Shown here: in pieces, positions 1 through 14,016 of the stretch | Position numbering within the stretch: position 1 is the first letter of the stretch | Layout of the letters: each line of letters begins with the position of its first letter | Source of the DNA: a virus | Lineage: Duplodnaviria; Heunggongvirae; Uroviricota; Caudoviricetes | IMG/VR virus record: IMGVR_UViG_2534682294_000013 | Reading direction: 5' to 3' (one strand) | Length of the DNA: 39,485 bases | Notes under the pieces: model-generated | The model's database searches: none | What the model was told of the DNA's origin: nothing | The model's input: the letters and a program-made list of their open reading frames with translations, nothing else | Translations under genes and position numbers: made by a program

Positions 1-511
1 CAATTCCATTTGGTACAATCTCAATATCTGCATTTGCTAAATAAGATTGGTAATACTTTTTCAAGTATAAACTAGGCACTATCATTTTAACATTTTGCTC
101 AAGCAATTTTGGTTCAAATGCATTATGCATATGTATAACCACTCTTGCCTGAGGAGCTCGCTTACGAATTTGAGTGTATAGCTTCATGCTATTATGAACT
201 ACAATAACACTTTCTTTCGTTATAGGAAAATCATGTGCAATATTCAATATTCTCTGTGAATATGGAAGAGGATCAAGTCTTGTCCATTTTTGAAATAACC
301 GCTTATATATGCGACTGAATCCAACCCTATGAATACTACAATTATCATTAACAAAGGTGTAATTTGAGTATCCTGGATTTTTGATACAAACAATACGATT
401 TGGAAAATTGGTACGCTGAGCAACCTGATACATCCACGTTTCAACAGCAGCCGCTCCGCGAGGAGGAATTGAAAAAATAGGAGTAACCGTAAATATTATT
501 TTATCAACCAT
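1..511 (-). CDS. LPS core glycosyltransferase, N-terminal ~170 codons only (3' end beyond window start)
   Basis: Own minus-strand translation from ATG at 509-511: MVDKIIFTVTPIFSIPPRGAAAVETWMYQVAQRTNFPNRIV..., open to position 1. Directly downstream of the second GT8 gene in the waa operon, the position of waaD in R3-type loci (synteny only). Confidence 0.5.
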   Translation of the reverse strand, partial: MVDKIIFTVTPIFSIPPRGAAAVETWMYQVAQRTNFPNRIVCIKNPGYSNYTFVNDNCSIHRVGFSRIYKRLFQKWTRLDPLPYSQRILNIAHDFPITKESVIVVHNSMKLYTQIRKRAPQARVVIHMHNAFEPKLLEQNVKMIVPSLYLKKYYQSYLANADIEIVPNGI

Positions 512-519
512 CTCGTATA

Positions 520-1533
520 TTAACCTTTCATAACATTATATTTAATTGCTGTAAAAACACCATCGAGAAATTTTTTCTGGTAAAGCAAGTGTTTATATTT
601 TTCTTTGTACTCATGTTTTTTAACAGCTTTTTTATAAGGTATATTTCTCCATGGTGATATATTATAAATATTACGAAAATAATCTGCAGAGGCGTAGTTC
701 GCCCAATCATGCCATGGCTTAGTTATACCAGTATAATGTATGAAGACAGTGTCATCATTAATAAACCGGGTGTAATATTCACTATTTTTTTCTTCAAATT
801 CTGACTTTATAGTATAAATACAATTATATTTTCTCGGTAATATTTTAGCATGATGTAGAAACATTAAGTTTAAAATATCTTGATCCGGGTACTTTAATTT
901 TTTTATAATTGACTCATCTGATAATAGATCAAAGAATTTTTCCGTTAGTCTTTGTTTTAACCATTCCCGTAAATTAATATACATTACACCAGAGTTAAAA
1001 TAGCTACCGTTAAAATCCTCATTACACAAACGCTCAGCGCTTTTACTTTGCATAGCATCTACATCAATTACCACTGCCCCATATTCATCTTTAAACTCTA
1101 ATGCTATTAACTCGTTCAATGAACCCTTACAGACGATATCAGCATCAAGATATAATAATGAATCCAATCGCGCAGAAAAATAATCAAATGAAAGCAAACG
1201 ATAATAAATAGATACTGGCCAGATATTTGATTGAGGTAGCGCCTTCAATGGCTCAGAATCAATATGATATAATTTAATTACTGTTTGATACTTCGTTGCT
1301 AATTGTGATAATAATTCAATATACTCTTTGTCTAAGTAATCAGCGATTATGTGAAAGGTAAATTTGTTTTGTTTATTATTTTCAAGAATTGAAGCAATTG
1401 AAATCGCAGCCCCAACCTGGTAGTTCTCATCAATACCCCATGAGACATTAAACGTTTCCCGTTCATCAAGTTTAACGGGGCGCTTGTCCAGTTCAATTAT
1501 ATCTTTAAATTGAGTAAGATGTTTAAAATCCAA
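520..1533 (-). CDS. waaJ: LPS outer-core glycosyltransferase, GT8 family (second GT8 of operon)
   Basis: 337-aa ORF with GT8-like sequence including DxD (YLDADIVC); located after waaY as in R3-type core loci. Symbol assigned by synteny, not verified. Confidence 0.55.
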   Translation of the reverse strand: MDFKHLTQFKDIIELDKRPVKLDERETFNVSWGIDENYQVGAAISIASILENNKQNKFTFHIIADYLDKEYIELLSQLATKYQTVIKLYHIDSEPLKALPQSNIWPVSIYYRLLSFDYFSARLDSLLYLDADIVCKGSLNELIALEFKDEYGAVVIDVDAMQSKSAERLCNEDFNGSYFNSGVMYINLREWLKQRLTEKFFDLLSDESIIKKLKYPDQDILNLMFLHHAKILPRKYNCIYTIKSEFEEKNSEYYTRFINDDTVFIHYTGITKPWHDWANYASADYFRNIYNISPWRNIPYKKAVKKHEYKEKYKHLLYQKKFLDGVFTAIKYNVMKG

Positions 1534-1557
1534 TTTAATTACCCTTCATTATAATCA

Positions 1558-2265
1558 TTATTTGCTCTTCAATCCTAGTTTGACTTTTACATCCCTGATT
1601 ACTTTTTTAATTTTCTTTTTGAATATAAGATATGTATAGCCAAAGTCTTTCAATTCATTTTTTATATTATAGTGCCGTTCAAGATCAATGCGATCTTTTG
1701 CTTTTAAAACAGCGGTTGTTTTTTTACCTGAAAGGTCAATTAGTCTTAAACCTTTTTCGGATACTATAAAATTTCCCTTATGAGGATCGCCAGACACCAT
1801 TCCATGCTGATGCAACTCTTTTATCGATTCTGATAATTGATCCTTCAGATCTTCAGAAATTTCCAAATACTCATTTAACCCGACACCTTCAATATACTCA
1901 ATGAGCATAATATAATAATGAGCGAAATTTAATGTTTTACGTTCAGCTAGCAAAAAATAGTCATTAATTGATTGGATGCCTTCACCACGTACCCGATCGG
2001 TTTGATAAATTAAATTTTCATAATAATCTTTTTTTATGCAAGATTTTAAGAAACGTTCGGTCATTTTATGCTTTGGCGCATAAACTTTAAGTACAAGAGG
2101 TCCACGAGCAGTGTCAATAAGAATGACTTTAGTATCATCAATAGAACGAAAAACTTTTAATGTTTTAACCCTGCAAGTTAAAAAGTCATTTAGAACTTGC
2201 TCATAAAAGGGATCATTATCTTTTATGAAAACTTTCACCCCATTTATCGTTTTATTATATATCAT
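1558..2265 (-). CDS. waaY: LPS core heptose kinase WaaY
   Basis: 235-aa ORF, kinase-like (HQHGMVSGDPHKGNF, IDLSGK), right size and operon position for WaaY. Confidence 0.8.
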   Translation of the reverse strand: MIYNKTINGVKVFIKDNDPFYEQVLNDFLTCRVKTLKVFRSIDDTKVILIDTARGPLVLKVYAPKHKMTERFLKSCIKKDYYENLIYQTDRVRGEGIQSINDYFLLAERKTLNFAHYYIMLIEYIEGVGLNEYLEISEDLKDQLSESIKELHQHGMVSGDPHKGNFIVSEKGLRLIDLSGKKTTAVLKAKDRIDLERHYNIKNELKDFGYTYLIFKKKIKKVIRDVKVKLGLKSK

Positions 2266-2290
2266 AATGAATTATTTTAACCTTAAATCT

Positions 2291-3298
2291 TTAGAAGCAT
2301 TTTTCTTTATAATACTTTAAATAATTAAAAATGCCTGCCATATAATGCTTTTGTTTAAATTTATGTTTTGCACAATACCGATACTGATTGCTATTTACAG
2401 GTTTAAGTAAATCTTCTTTACTCCACGGAGAAGCTGCTTTGGCGATCAAAAAACTACGTGACACCGGATAGTCAGCCCACTCATGCCAAGGTTTTGTAGG
2501 TCCCACATAGTGTATAAACACGGTGTCATCATTGACTGGATTATCAACTTTGTCTTTTAATTCATAGTTAATACTATATCGGGTATTATATTTCTCCGAA
2601 ATAAACTTCACTTTACCATTCAATAATACATTCAGTACATCTTGATCAAGGTGGGTGATTTTACTTACCCAATCTGGGTCACGCAACATTTCAATAGCTT
2701 TTGACGAAATGTTATTTAGATTCCACTCATCAATATTTATCAGTAAAAAACCAGCATTGAAATATCCAGAAGCTAACTGTGGTGTAGTTAATACCGAGGC
2801 TCGATTTTGCCACCATTCAACATCTCTTTCAGCTACAACTGCGGCAATTTCATTAGTAGAAAATTGATAATCTAAGAGTTCTTTAATACTACCCTTGCAA
2901 GCAATATCTGCATCAAGATATAGTATTTTTTCATGTTTATGATAGAAATAATCTGCAATTATAAATCGAAAATATGTTGCGTAAGTCCAGTTTTTCGTGC
3001 TTGGTAATGACTTCAGCTTATCACAATTGATAACATAAATATTAATTCTTGAATTATATTGTTTTGCTAAATCAGAAAAATATAATTTGTCTTTATCACT
3101 GATATAATCTGTGAAAACATGAAATTCACAAGAGATTTCTCTATTGTTTAATAGAATAGATGCGATGGCTACACCACATCCAAAAAGAAAATTTCTGTCA
3201 ATACCAAATGCTATATCAAGAGTATTTTTAGATCTTATATTTTGATAATGAAAATTATACTCAAAAAGGATGATGTCACTATCATTGAGTTGAGACAT
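2291..3298 (-). CDS. waaI: LPS outer-core glycosyltransferase, GT8 family (first GT8, directly after waaP)
   Basis: 335-aa ORF, paralogous to the 520-1533 product (YLDADIACKG DxD motif). The single GT8 between waaP and waaY fits R3-type waaI rather than the K-12 waaS-waaB-waaO arrangement. Symbol by synteny. Confidence 0.5.
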   Translation of the reverse strand: MSQLNDSDIILFEYNFHYQNIRSKNTLDIAFGIDRNFLFGCGVAIASILLNNREISCEFHVFTDYISDKDKLYFSDLAKQYNSRINIYVINCDKLKSLPSTKNWTYATYFRFIIADYFYHKHEKILYLDADIACKGSIKELLDYQFSTNEIAAVVAERDVEWWQNRASVLTTPQLASGYFNAGFLLINIDEWNLNNISSKAIEMLRDPDWVSKITHLDQDVLNVLLNGKVKFISEKYNTRYSINYELKDKVDNPVNDDTVFIHYVGPTKPWHEWADYPVSRSFLIAKAASPWSKEDLLKPVNSNQYRYCAKHKFKQKHYMAGIFNYLKYYKEKCF

Positions 3299-3340
3299 AT
3301 TTATTCTGTATCCAAAATTTTGGCAAAAATAAGTTACGGG

Positions 3341-4138
3341 TTACAACGATTTTCGAATCGTTCTTTCCCTGATTTTTGTGGCTTTTGCTTCTGCTTGCGA
3401 CAGCAGTCCTTGTTCCTGCTTGAGAATGTCTTTAAGCGGGGCGGCAAAATACACTTTCATAAACCGCCAGATATCCCGCTGAGTCAGGCCGATATTCATC
3501 GAAGAAAAATAAAGCCCAATAAGATCTTTATCCCGCCAACGACGTGGAACGCGCGTGCGAAGCTGCGCCCGGTGCAGGTCAATTACCGAAATTTTTAACT
3601 CCTCTTCCTTACCGGAAAAAGGCAAGTGCAGCAGGAAATGACAGATATAACAGTCACGGTGGTTAATGCCCGCAGCATGCATATCGTGCACCATCGTCGC
3701 GACACGCTTAATAAGCATACGCTTTACGCGAACATCTGGAGGGTTAGTCGCCCAGTCAGCACAGTAATCTTCAAGACTTATGGTTGGTGTCAGATCTTCG
3801 GTAATAATAAATGAAGTTCTGGTCAGCGGATTCATGCCTTTTTCGCCAAATGCCACCCCATACATAGTATCAACGCCGACATCCCGCAGTCGATGAATCG
3901 CATTCCATTCGCGGTCTGCGCCTAATACTGGCATCCGCAATGAGAGTAAATTTTTGATTATCTCTTTCAGGGTCGTGCCGCGATGCCATTTGAGAAAATA
4001 GCTTTTGCCCGCCATTTCAAATCGCAGAGTGCGGCGAGTTTCCAGTTCACGAAAAACCTCACCCTGCAAGGTTTTAACTTCCTCAAAAGGATCTTTACCG
4101 CGCCATAACGTGGCAAACGGCTCTTTAAGTTCAACCAT
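3341..4138 (-). CDS. waaP: LPS core heptose(I) kinase WaaP
   Basis: ORF track 3341-4147; start trimmed to the Met giving [14 protein letters not shown]... (265 aa), which matches WaaP as I remember it. Start at 4147 is also possible. Confidence 0.85.
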   Translation of the reverse strand: MVELKEPFATLWRGKDPFEEVKTLQGEVFRELETRRTLRFEMAGKSYFLKWHRGTTLKEIIKNLLSLRMPVLGADREWNAIHRLRDVGVDTMYGVAFGEKGMNPLTRTSFIITEDLTPTISLEDYCADWATNPPDVRVKRMLIKRVATMVHDMHAAGINHRDCYICHFLLHLPFSGKEEELKISVIDLHRAQLRTRVPRRWRDKDLIGLYFSSMNIGLTQRDIWRFMKVYFAAPLKDILKQEQGLLSQAEAKATKIRERTIRKSL

Positions 4139-5255
4139 CCAGACCACCCGTTATGATATCCGCCGCTTTCTCTGGCAGACTGTATAAATCTTGTGTATCA
4201 GCATAATGTCGCGCATTTTCCGCCCAGGCCTGGCGCAATGAAGATTGCGTTAACGCTTTGCGTAAAATCTCATTCAATGTTTCCTGGCGGAATGGCTCAG
4301 CAATAGCCTCGCCGCAATTGGCGTCGACAATATAATGCGCATAGCCACAAACGGCTGTTGTTAGTACCGGTAATCCTGCAGTAATCGCTTCCAGTAGCAC
4401 AATTCCCGCTGCTTCCTGGTAGGCAGGATGCAGTAATAAATCCGCCGCCGCCATTAATTCCGAGACATCGTTGCGCCCCGAGAAGAAGTGAACATTACTG
4501 CGCACGCCGCGTTTTTCTGCCAGCGCCTCAAATTTTCGCGGTTTATCCTGTCCAACAACATATAGCAATGTGTTGTGGCGCAGCGAATCCGGTAACGAAG
4601 CAAGTGCTTCAATGGAACGATCGACACCTTTACGCGTGAAGTCTGAACCGACCTGCAACAATAAATATTGTTGTTCGGTTATTCCATTCTTCTTACGGAA
4701 GATTTCACGGCTATTAGCTGGCTGCTGGCTATATTTACGATCAGGATAAATCCCCGGTGGTAGAATATGAAAACGCTCCGCTTCAGTCTGATAATGTTTC
4801 TGGAAATCGGCGATTTGCTTATCTGTCAGCATCAGCAGCTGTGTCGGCTTGCCCTGTTCGAAGGTTGCCCGCTCAAAGGCGGCATAATGGCGATAACGTG
4901 ACGTCAGGTGATAGAAAAAGCCTTTTTCCTGCGCGACTTTCTCGGCATAACAAACATCAGCGGCATAATAAACGTCCAGCCCCGGCATTTTGTTGAATCC
5001 AACGACTTTATCGACGGGATGTTCGCGTAAATGTTTTTGCACCCAGGCAAAATACTCCGCATTGCGCCCGTGATTGGTATGCGATTTAACCGGCACTTTG
5101 ATCAGTTCAAATACATCAGGGCATTCGCCTTCCCACGACTGGGTATAAACCCGAACATGATGACCTCGGGCGGCGACTGTCTGAGCAATACGCATAAAAT
5201 CGCGCTGCAAACCGCCAAAGGGAAAATATTTATATAAACAAAAAGCAACGATCAT
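4131..5255 (-). CDS. waaG: LPS core glucosyltransferase I WaaG (GT4)
   Basis: 374-aa [27 protein letters not shown]...; matches WaaG in length and sequence as remembered. Confidence 0.9.
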   Translation of the reverse strand: MIVAFCLYKYFPFGGLQRDFMRIAQTVAARGHHVRVYTQSWEGECPDVFELIKVPVKSHTNHGRNAEYFAWVQKHLREHPVDKVVGFNKMPGLDVYYAADVCYAEKVAQEKGFFYHLTSRYRHYAAFERATFEQGKPTQLLMLTDKQIADFQKHYQTEAERFHILPPGIYPDRKYSQQPANSREIFRKKNGITEQQYLLLQVGSDFTRKGVDRSIEALASLPDSLRHNTLLYVVGQDKPRKFEALAEKRGVRSNVHFFSGRNDVSELMAAADLLLHPAYQEAAGIVLLEAITAGLPVLTTAVCGYAHYIVDANCGEAIAEPFRQETLNEILRKALTQSSLRQAWAENARHYADTQDLYSLPEKAADIITGGLDG

Positions 5256-6310
5256 AACGACGTACCTGTCGTGGAGGAGGGCAGTAATTTATCGACAGCA
5301 GCAATGACATCTGCCGCCGGAATAACCGAAAGATACATCTCATTTCGGTCACGCTGATCGCGCGTTGGCATTTCCCGGTAATCTCCCGCCCAGAATTGAA
5401 TCATGTTATTTGACCAAGGACGCCAGAAAATATGGTCTGTCGCACCAAACAGCGATATCAGCGGCGTATTAACTGCAGCGGCAATATGCGCCGGTGCGGA
5501 ATCAACGCCAATAAACAGCTGCGCATGATCGATTAACGCACCAAGTTCCGGGAAGGTCACCTTTCCAGCCAGCGCCGTTACTGGTGGCGTCTGGCATCCT
5601 TGCGCAATTTCATTGACGCAGGCCAGATCGTCTTTATCTGGGCCGGACGTCAGAACGACTTCATAACCACGAGCATGTAAGGCATCAATCACAGCGGAAA
5701 ACTTGGCGTTGTCCCAGCATTTGAAGATTTGCCGCGCCGTAGGTTGGATAACCACATAATTTTGTCCAACACCAGCGTGATCAAGTTCGCGACGCATACG
5801 TTTCCAGCTTGCAGGCGGGTAACTCATGGTTGTCTGCTTCACCAACGAATCAAGTCCCAATGGTGTCAGCACGGATAAGTTACTTTCCACCACATTTCCA
5901 CCCTGCAACGGCACCAAATGGGTGAAACTTTTACGCCAAAAAGCAGACTGCCGATGATGATAATCCTGGGAAATTTTCACACGGGCATTTAATAAGCGAA
6001 CCAGTATAGCAACCATCCATTGATCGGTAAGATTGACGATAAGGTCATACTTATTGGCACGTAATACCTTGATGAGATGAAAAAAGTTGGCAATTTTTTC
6101 TGAGGCTTTTGCTTTTTTATTTTTTATGCCGTAGAGCGCGTTAATCTCTGGATTTTCAGACAGGATCGGGATGGTGTCCTGATAAAGCAGCACATCGATT
6201 TTTGCGTCAGGGTAATTTTTTTTCAGCGAACTAATGACGGGAGTAGTTAATAACATATCCCCATGAAAACGCATCTTAATGAGCAAAATTCTTCGAAATG
6301 GCTTATCCAC
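5252..6310 (-). CDS. waaQ: LPS heptosyltransferase III WaaQ
   Basis: 352-aa ORF, first gene of the long waa operon, divergent from waaA. An internal start (MRFHGDMLL) is possible. Confidence 0.8.
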   Translation of the reverse strand: MDKPFRRILLIKMRFHGDMLLTTPVISSLKKNYPDAKIDVLLYQDTIPILSENPEINALYGIKNKKAKASEKIANFFHLIKVLRANKYDLIVNLTDQWMVAILVRLLNARVKISQDYHHRQSAFWRKSFTHLVPLQGGNVVESNLSVLTPLGLDSLVKQTTMSYPPASWKRMRRELDHAGVGQNYVVIQPTARQIFKCWDNAKFSAVIDALHARGYEVVLTSGPDKDDLACVNEIAQGCQTPPVTALAGKVTFPELGALIDHAQLFIGVDSAPAHIAAAVNTPLISLFGATDHIFWRPWSNNMIQFWAGDYREMPTRDQRDRNEMYLSVIPAADVIAAVDKLLPSSTTGTSL

Positions 6311-6359
6311 AAGTAACTCTTTTTGTTGAGATTATCCGATTAAGGTGAAGCAGAAAAAG

Positions 6360-6371
6360 CACGCTACCGCC
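6360..6371 (-). promoter_or_regulatory. ops / JUMPstart element (GGCGGTAGCGTG) in the waaQ operon leader
   Basis: Plus strand reads cacgctaccgcc at 6360-6371, i.e. GGCGGTAGCGTG on the minus strand ~40-50 nt upstream of the waaQ start. ops is the RfaH recruitment site known for waa operons. Confidence 0.7.
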
Positions 6372-6722
6372 CCAGGCTCAACAGCTACCTGAATACTGAT
6401 ACCGCACTGATATTGACGCGCTAGTGTATCACTTCTTTCGCGGCAATCCGACCCGAATGATTTTTAAGCACATTGTTGATTTTCAATAAAGAAATCAATC
6501 AAATAAAATCATTAGCAACCATATTCTTTCACTGTTGCTCTGCGATTCCTTCCTGCACGTACAGCAGAAATCAATGAATCGCATAAAAATACAAAAAAAG
6601 TATAGATGTTCAGCAAGAATTGGCGGGTAAATTGCTATTTAAGTCAAAAACGGGAAAAGTAATGGTAAAGCCACAGCTAAATACATAGAATCCCCAGCAC
6701 ATCCATAAGTCAGCTATTTACT

Positions 6723-8487
<1,765 letters not shown>

Positions 8488-8525
8488 CGTTTATGCCGGA
8501 TGGTATGCCATCCGGCGCGCATGAA

Positions 8526-9335
8526 TTACTTCTGGCACTGCCGACAATAAAACGTTGCCCGCTGCGCATGTTTAGTCGCCACAATCGGCGTACCGCACAC
8601 CCGACACGGCTCACCTTTTCGCCCGTAAACCTGCAATTCCTGAGCGAAATAGCCCGGTTTACCATCACTTTGCAGAAAATCTTTCAGCGTTGTACCACCC
8701 TGCTCAATCGAACGCAGCAACACCGCTTTAATCACCCGAGCTAACAATTCACACTCTGCCAGCGACAGTGATGACGCCAGCCGATCCGGATGGATCCCCG
8801 CCGCAAACAGTGATTCGCTGGCATAGATATTCCCTACCCCTACCACCAGCTTGTTATCCATCAGCCACGGTTTAATCGCCGTTTTTTTCTTCGCGCACTT
8901 CTGATGCAGATACTCACCATTGAAATCGTCGCTAAGCGGCTCCGGTCCAAGATGGGCCAGCACATTATGCCCTTCCAGCTCTTTGGTCCACAGCCAGGCA
9001 CCAAAGCGGCGCGGATCGGTGTAGCGCAGCACTTTGCCGTTGCTCATCACCAAATCCACATGGTCATGCTTTTCAGGGGGAAGTTCTTCTGGAAGGATGC
9101 GCAGGCTGCCAGACATCCCTAAATGAATGATAATCCAGCCCTCAGGCAGCTCCAGCAGCAGATATTTAGCCCGCCGCTGCACGCTAAGCACTGGTTGGTC
9201 GCTTAAACGGTAGATCTCTTCTGAAACCGGCCAGCGCAAGCGTCCGTTGCGCACCACTGCATGAAGAATGGTTGCACCAACGAGATGCGGTTCTATGCCG
9301 CGGCGGCTGGTTTCAACTTCGGGTAATTCAGGCAT
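8526..9335 (-). CDS. mutM: formamidopyrimidine-DNA glycosylase (Fpg)
   Basis: 269-aa ORF starting MPELPEVE (N-terminal Pro-Glu catalytic pair) with a C-terminal zinc finger (CRVCGTPI ... CRQCQ). Confidence 0.9.
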
Positions 9336-9432
9336 AGCATCTCCAGGAATGAACAGATGCAGTCAATATGGGGGCAAGCAGATAACAAAAAACCCCGCCG
9401 GAGCGAGGTTTTTTGTTACATCAAAGCGAGAA

Positions 9433-9603
<171 letters not shown>

Positions 9604-9620
9604 TTATTTCCTCTAAGTAC

Positions 9621-9878
<258 letters not shown>

Positions 9879-10073
9879 TTAGCTCGAGCTTCGTATGGGG
9901 TATTGGCGCCTCGTCAGGCTTTACAGCCCGGTCATCGCAGTTCTATGTGAACTCTCGATTGCCAGGCCCAAATGCCAAACCCGAGATTCTCAAAGGTGGC
10001 GTAGTATACGCTGACTCAGCGATGTGCTCAAGTCCCGAACAGACAAAGATCCCGAAGGATCGCGCATAGCGGG

Positions 10074-10748
10074 TTAAATCCAGCCGCGTTCGGCAAAAGA
10101 AACATACTCTCCACGCCCAATCACGATATGGTCGAGCACGCGTAAATCCATGAACTGACAACTCTTTATTATCCGTTCAGTAATGAGTTTATCCGCTTTA
10201 CTGGGTTCAGCACAACCCGAAGGGTGATTATGTGCAAGGATCAGCGCCGAGGCGTTTATTTTTATCGCTTCGCGGATAATTTCCCGAGGATGGACTTCAA
10301 CATGGTTTAGCGTGCCGGAAAAAAGACGGCTATGCGTTATAACCCGGTGTTGGGAGTCGAGAAAGATCACCATAAAGATCTCCCGCTCCTCACCCGTGAG
10401 CTGGCTTTGTAAAAATTCCCGCGTCATCTCCGGGCTGAGTAAAGGGCTTTCTTCACGCATCCGCACGTTGTAGTAACGTCGCGCCAGTTCAGCAATCCCC
10501 TTTAACTGGGCAAATTTCGCTACGCCAATTCCATGAACACCACTAAATTGTTCATATTCAGAGGTTAACAAGCCATAAAGAGAGCCGAAATTCTCCAGCA
10601 TCTCTTTTGCCAGGGTTAATACATCTTTACCGCGCGTTCCGGTACGCAGAAATAGCGCCAGCAGCTCGACATCAGTTAAGGCGCTAATACCAAACTTCAG
10701 CATTTTTTCGCGCGGCATCAACAGCTGTGCATTGTTTTTCACCTTCAC
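10074..10748 (-). CDS. yicR: RadC-like JAB-domain protein YicR
   Basis: 224-aa ORF with the JAMM-like motif (HNHPSG) near the C-terminus; divergent from coaBC as in E. coli. A start two codons downstream is possible. Confidence 0.85.
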
Positions 10749-10913
10749 CTCCTTTGTGGTGCTCGCATCCTGTCATAGCCGTTCCGTTAAATCGACGGCC
10801 AGTTTTCAATCCTGGAAAGCGCCTCGCAAAGTGAATCTCAGGTGAAGGCACGACAACAAAAGTATTGTGATAAAATCGCCAACTTCTGGTGTCACCCAAC
10901 AGGAAAAATCATC

Positions 10914-12134
10914 ATGAGCCTGGCCGGTAAAAAAATCGTTCTCGGCGTTAGCGGCGGTATTGCTGCCTATAAAACCCCTGAACTGGTGCGTCGTTTGCGC
11001 GATCGCGGGGCCGACGTCCGCGTAGCCATGACCGAAGCGGCAAAAGCCTTTATCACCCCACTTAGCTTGCAGGCGGTTTCTGGTTATCCCGTTTCCGACA
11101 GTTTGCTGGACCCGGCAGCCGAAGCCGCTATGGGCCATATTGAGCTGGGTAAATGGGCTGATTTAGTGATTCTCGCCCCTGCCACGGCAGATTTGATTGC
11201 CCGTGTTGCTGCCGGAATGGCGAATGACCTGGTATCGACGATTTGTCTGGCTACACCTGCGCCTGTAGCCGTGCTCCCCGCCATGAACCAGCAGATGTAC
11301 CGTGCCGCTGCCACGCAGCATAATTTAGAGGTGCTTGCTTCCCGTGGTTTGCTCATCTGGGGGCCAGACAGTGGCAGTCAGGCTTGTGGTGATATCGGTC
11401 CTGGGCGAATGCTCGATCCGTTAACCATTGTGGATATGGCGGTAGCGCATTTTTCGCCCGTCAACGACCTGAAACATCTGAACATTATGATTACCGCCGG
11501 CCCGACGCGTGAACCGCTCGATCCCGTGCGTTATATCTCTAATCACAGCTCCGGCAAGATGGGTTTTGCTATCGCCGCCGCCGCTGCCCGTCGTGGCGCG
11601 AACGTCACGCTGGTATCAGGTCCGGTTTCACTACCGACGCCACCGTTTGTTAAACGTGTTGATGTGATGACCGCGCTGGAAATGGAAGCCGCCGTGAATG
11701 CTTCTGTACAGCAGCAAAATATTTTTATCGGCTGCGCCGCCGTGGCGGATTATCGCGCAGCTACCGTGGCCCCAGAGAAAATCAAAAAGCAGGCCACGCA
11801 GGGTGATGAATTAACAATAAAAATGGTTAAAAACCCCGATATCGTCGCAGGCGTTGCCGCACTAAAAGACCATCGACCCTACGTCGTTGGATTTGCCGCC
11901 GAAACAAATAATGTGGAAGAATACGCCCGGCAAAAACGTATCCGTAAAAACCTTGATCTGATCTGCGCGAACGATGTTTCCCAGCCAACTCAAGGATTTA
12001 ACAGCGACAACAACGCATTACACCTTTTCTGGCAGGACGGAGATAAAGTCTTACCGCTTGAGCGCAAAGAGCTCCTTGGCCAATTATTACTCGACGAGAT
12101 CGTGACCCGTTATGATGAAAAAAATCGACGTTAA
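10914..12134 (+). CDS. coaBC: bifunctional phosphopantothenoylcysteine decarboxylase / synthetase (Dfp)
   Basis: ORF track 10842-12134 trimmed to [20 protein letters not shown]... (406 aa). Confidence 0.9.
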
Positions 12135-12570
12135 GATTCTGGACCCGCGCGTTGGGAAGGAATTTCCGCTCCCGACTTATGCCACCTCTGGCTCTGCCGG
12201 ACTTGACCTGCGTGCCTGTCTCGACGACGCCGTAGAACTGGCTCCGGGTGACACTACGCTGGTTCCGACCGGGCTGGCGATTCATATTGCCGATCCTTCA
12301 CTGGCGGCAATGATGCTGCCGCGCTCCGGATTGGGACATAAGCACGGTATCGTGCTTGGTAACCTGGTAGGATTGATCGATTCCGACTATCAGGGCCAGT
12401 TGATGATTTCCGTGTGGAACCGTGGTCAGGACAGCTTCACCATTCAACCTGGCGAACGTATCGCCCAGATGATTTTTGTTCCGGTAGTACAGGCTGAATT
12501 TAATCTGGTGGAAGATTTCGACGCCACCGACCGCGGTGAAGGCGGCTTTGGTCACTCTGGTCGTCAGTAA
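12112..12570 (+). CDS. dut: dUTP diphosphatase
   Basis: 152-aa [38 protein letters not shown]...; overlaps the coaBC 3' end by 23 nt. Confidence 0.9.
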
Positions 12571-12676
12571 CACATACGCATCCGAATAACGTCATAACAT
12601 AGCCGTAAACATTTCGTTTGCGGTCATAGCGTGGGTGCCGCCTGGCAAGTGCTTATTTTCAGGGGTATTTTGTAAC

Positions 12677-13273
12677 ATGGCAGAAAAACAAACTGCGAAA
12701 AGGAACCGTCGCGAGGAAATACTTCAGTCTCTGGCGCTGATGCTGGAATCCAGCGATGGAAGCCAACGTATCACGACGGCAAAACTGGCCGCCTCTGTCG
12801 GCGTTTCCGAAGCGGCACTGTATCGCCACTTCCCCAGTAAGACCCGCATGTTCGATAGCCTGATTGAGTTTATCGAAGATAGCCTGATTACTCGCATCAA
12901 TCTGATTCTGAAAGATGAGAAAGACACCACAGCGCGCCTGCGTCTGATTGTGTTGCTGCTTCTCGGTTTTGGTGAGCGTAATCCTGGCCTGACCCGCATC
13001 CTCACTGGTCATGCGCTAATGTTTGAACAGGATCGCCTGCAAGGGCGCATCAACCAGCTGTTCGAGCGTATTGAAGCGCAGCTGCGTCAGGTATTGCGTG
13101 AAAAGAGAATGCGTGAGGGTGAAGGTTACACCACCGATGAAACCCTGCTGGCAAGCCAGATCCTAGCCTTCTGTGAAGGTATGCTGTCACGTTTTGTCCG
13201 CAGCGAATTTAAATACCGCCCGACGGATGATTTTGACGCCCGCTGGCCGCTAATTGCGGCACAGTTGCAGTAA
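12677..13273 (+). CDS. slmA: nucleoid occlusion factor SlmA (TetR family)
   Basis: ORF track 12635-13273 trimmed to [20 protein letters not shown]... (198 aa). Confidence 0.9.
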
Positions 13274-13309
13274 TATGACGCCGGATGACTTTTCATCCGG
13301 CGAGTTTCT

Positions 13310-13951
13310 TTAAACGCCAAACTCTTCGCGATAGGCCTTAACCGCCGCCAGATGTTCCGCCATTTCCGGCTTCTCTTCCAGGTAAGCAATCAGGTCTTTC
13401 AGGGTGATGATAGAGATCACTTTGCAGTTGTAATCACGCTCAACTTCCTGAATCGCCGAAATCTCGCCGCGCCCCCGTTCCTGACGATCAAGCGAAATCA
13501 ACACGCCAGCAAGCGTCGCGCCATTAGCCTGAATAATCTCCATCGATTCGCGAATCGCCGTTCCGGCGGTGATCACATCATCTACCAGCATTACGCGTCC
13601 TTGTAACGCGCTACCAACCAGATTGCCGCCTTCACCGTGGTCTTTTGCCTCTTTGCGGTTAAAGCAGTACGGCAGGTCAAGGTCATGATGCTCCGCCAGC
13701 GCCACGGCGGTAGTGGTGGCAATCGGGATCCCTTTGTAAGCAGGGCCAAACAGCAGATCGAACTCAAGGCCGGAATCCACCAACGCTTCAGCGTAAAAAC
13801 GGCCTAACAGTGCCAGATCGCGCCCGGTATTAAACAGCCCGGCGTTGAAGAAATAGGGGCTTTTGCGCCCGGACTTCAACGTAAACTCGCCAAACTTTAA
13901 CACCTGCTTGCCAAGCGCAAATTCAATAAACTGGCGCTGATATGGTTTCAT
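13310..13951 (-). CDS. pyrE: orotate phosphoribosyltransferase
   Basis: ORF track 13310-13966 trimmed to [15 protein letters not shown]... (213 aa); PRPP-binding motif [13 protein letters not shown]. Confidence 0.9.
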
Positions 13952-13983
13952 GCCTTCGCTCCTCATCTTACTTTTCTACAGAC

Positions 13984-14009
13984 AAAAAAAAGGCGACTCA
14001 TCAGTCGCC
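13984..14009 (-). terminator. pyrE attenuator: hairpin plus U-run in the rph-pyrE intergenic region
   Basis: Plus strand aaaaaaaa-ggcgact-catc-agtcgcc: 7-bp stem 13992-13998 / 14003-14009 preceded by an A8 run, so on the minus strand a hairpin followed by U8. The known pyrE attenuator lies between rph and pyrE. Confidence 0.6.
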
Positions 14010-14016
14010 TTAAAAA

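Noticed and set aside
244-444. 66-aa minus-strand ORF near the window start
   Set aside because: Lies in a different frame inside the longer glycosyltransferase reading frame that starts at 511 and stays open to position 1.
9336-9432. Possible hairpin or terminator between mutM and rpmG (ccccgccggagcgagg followed by a T-run)
   Set aside because: I could not find a convincing complementary stem by eye; left unannotated.
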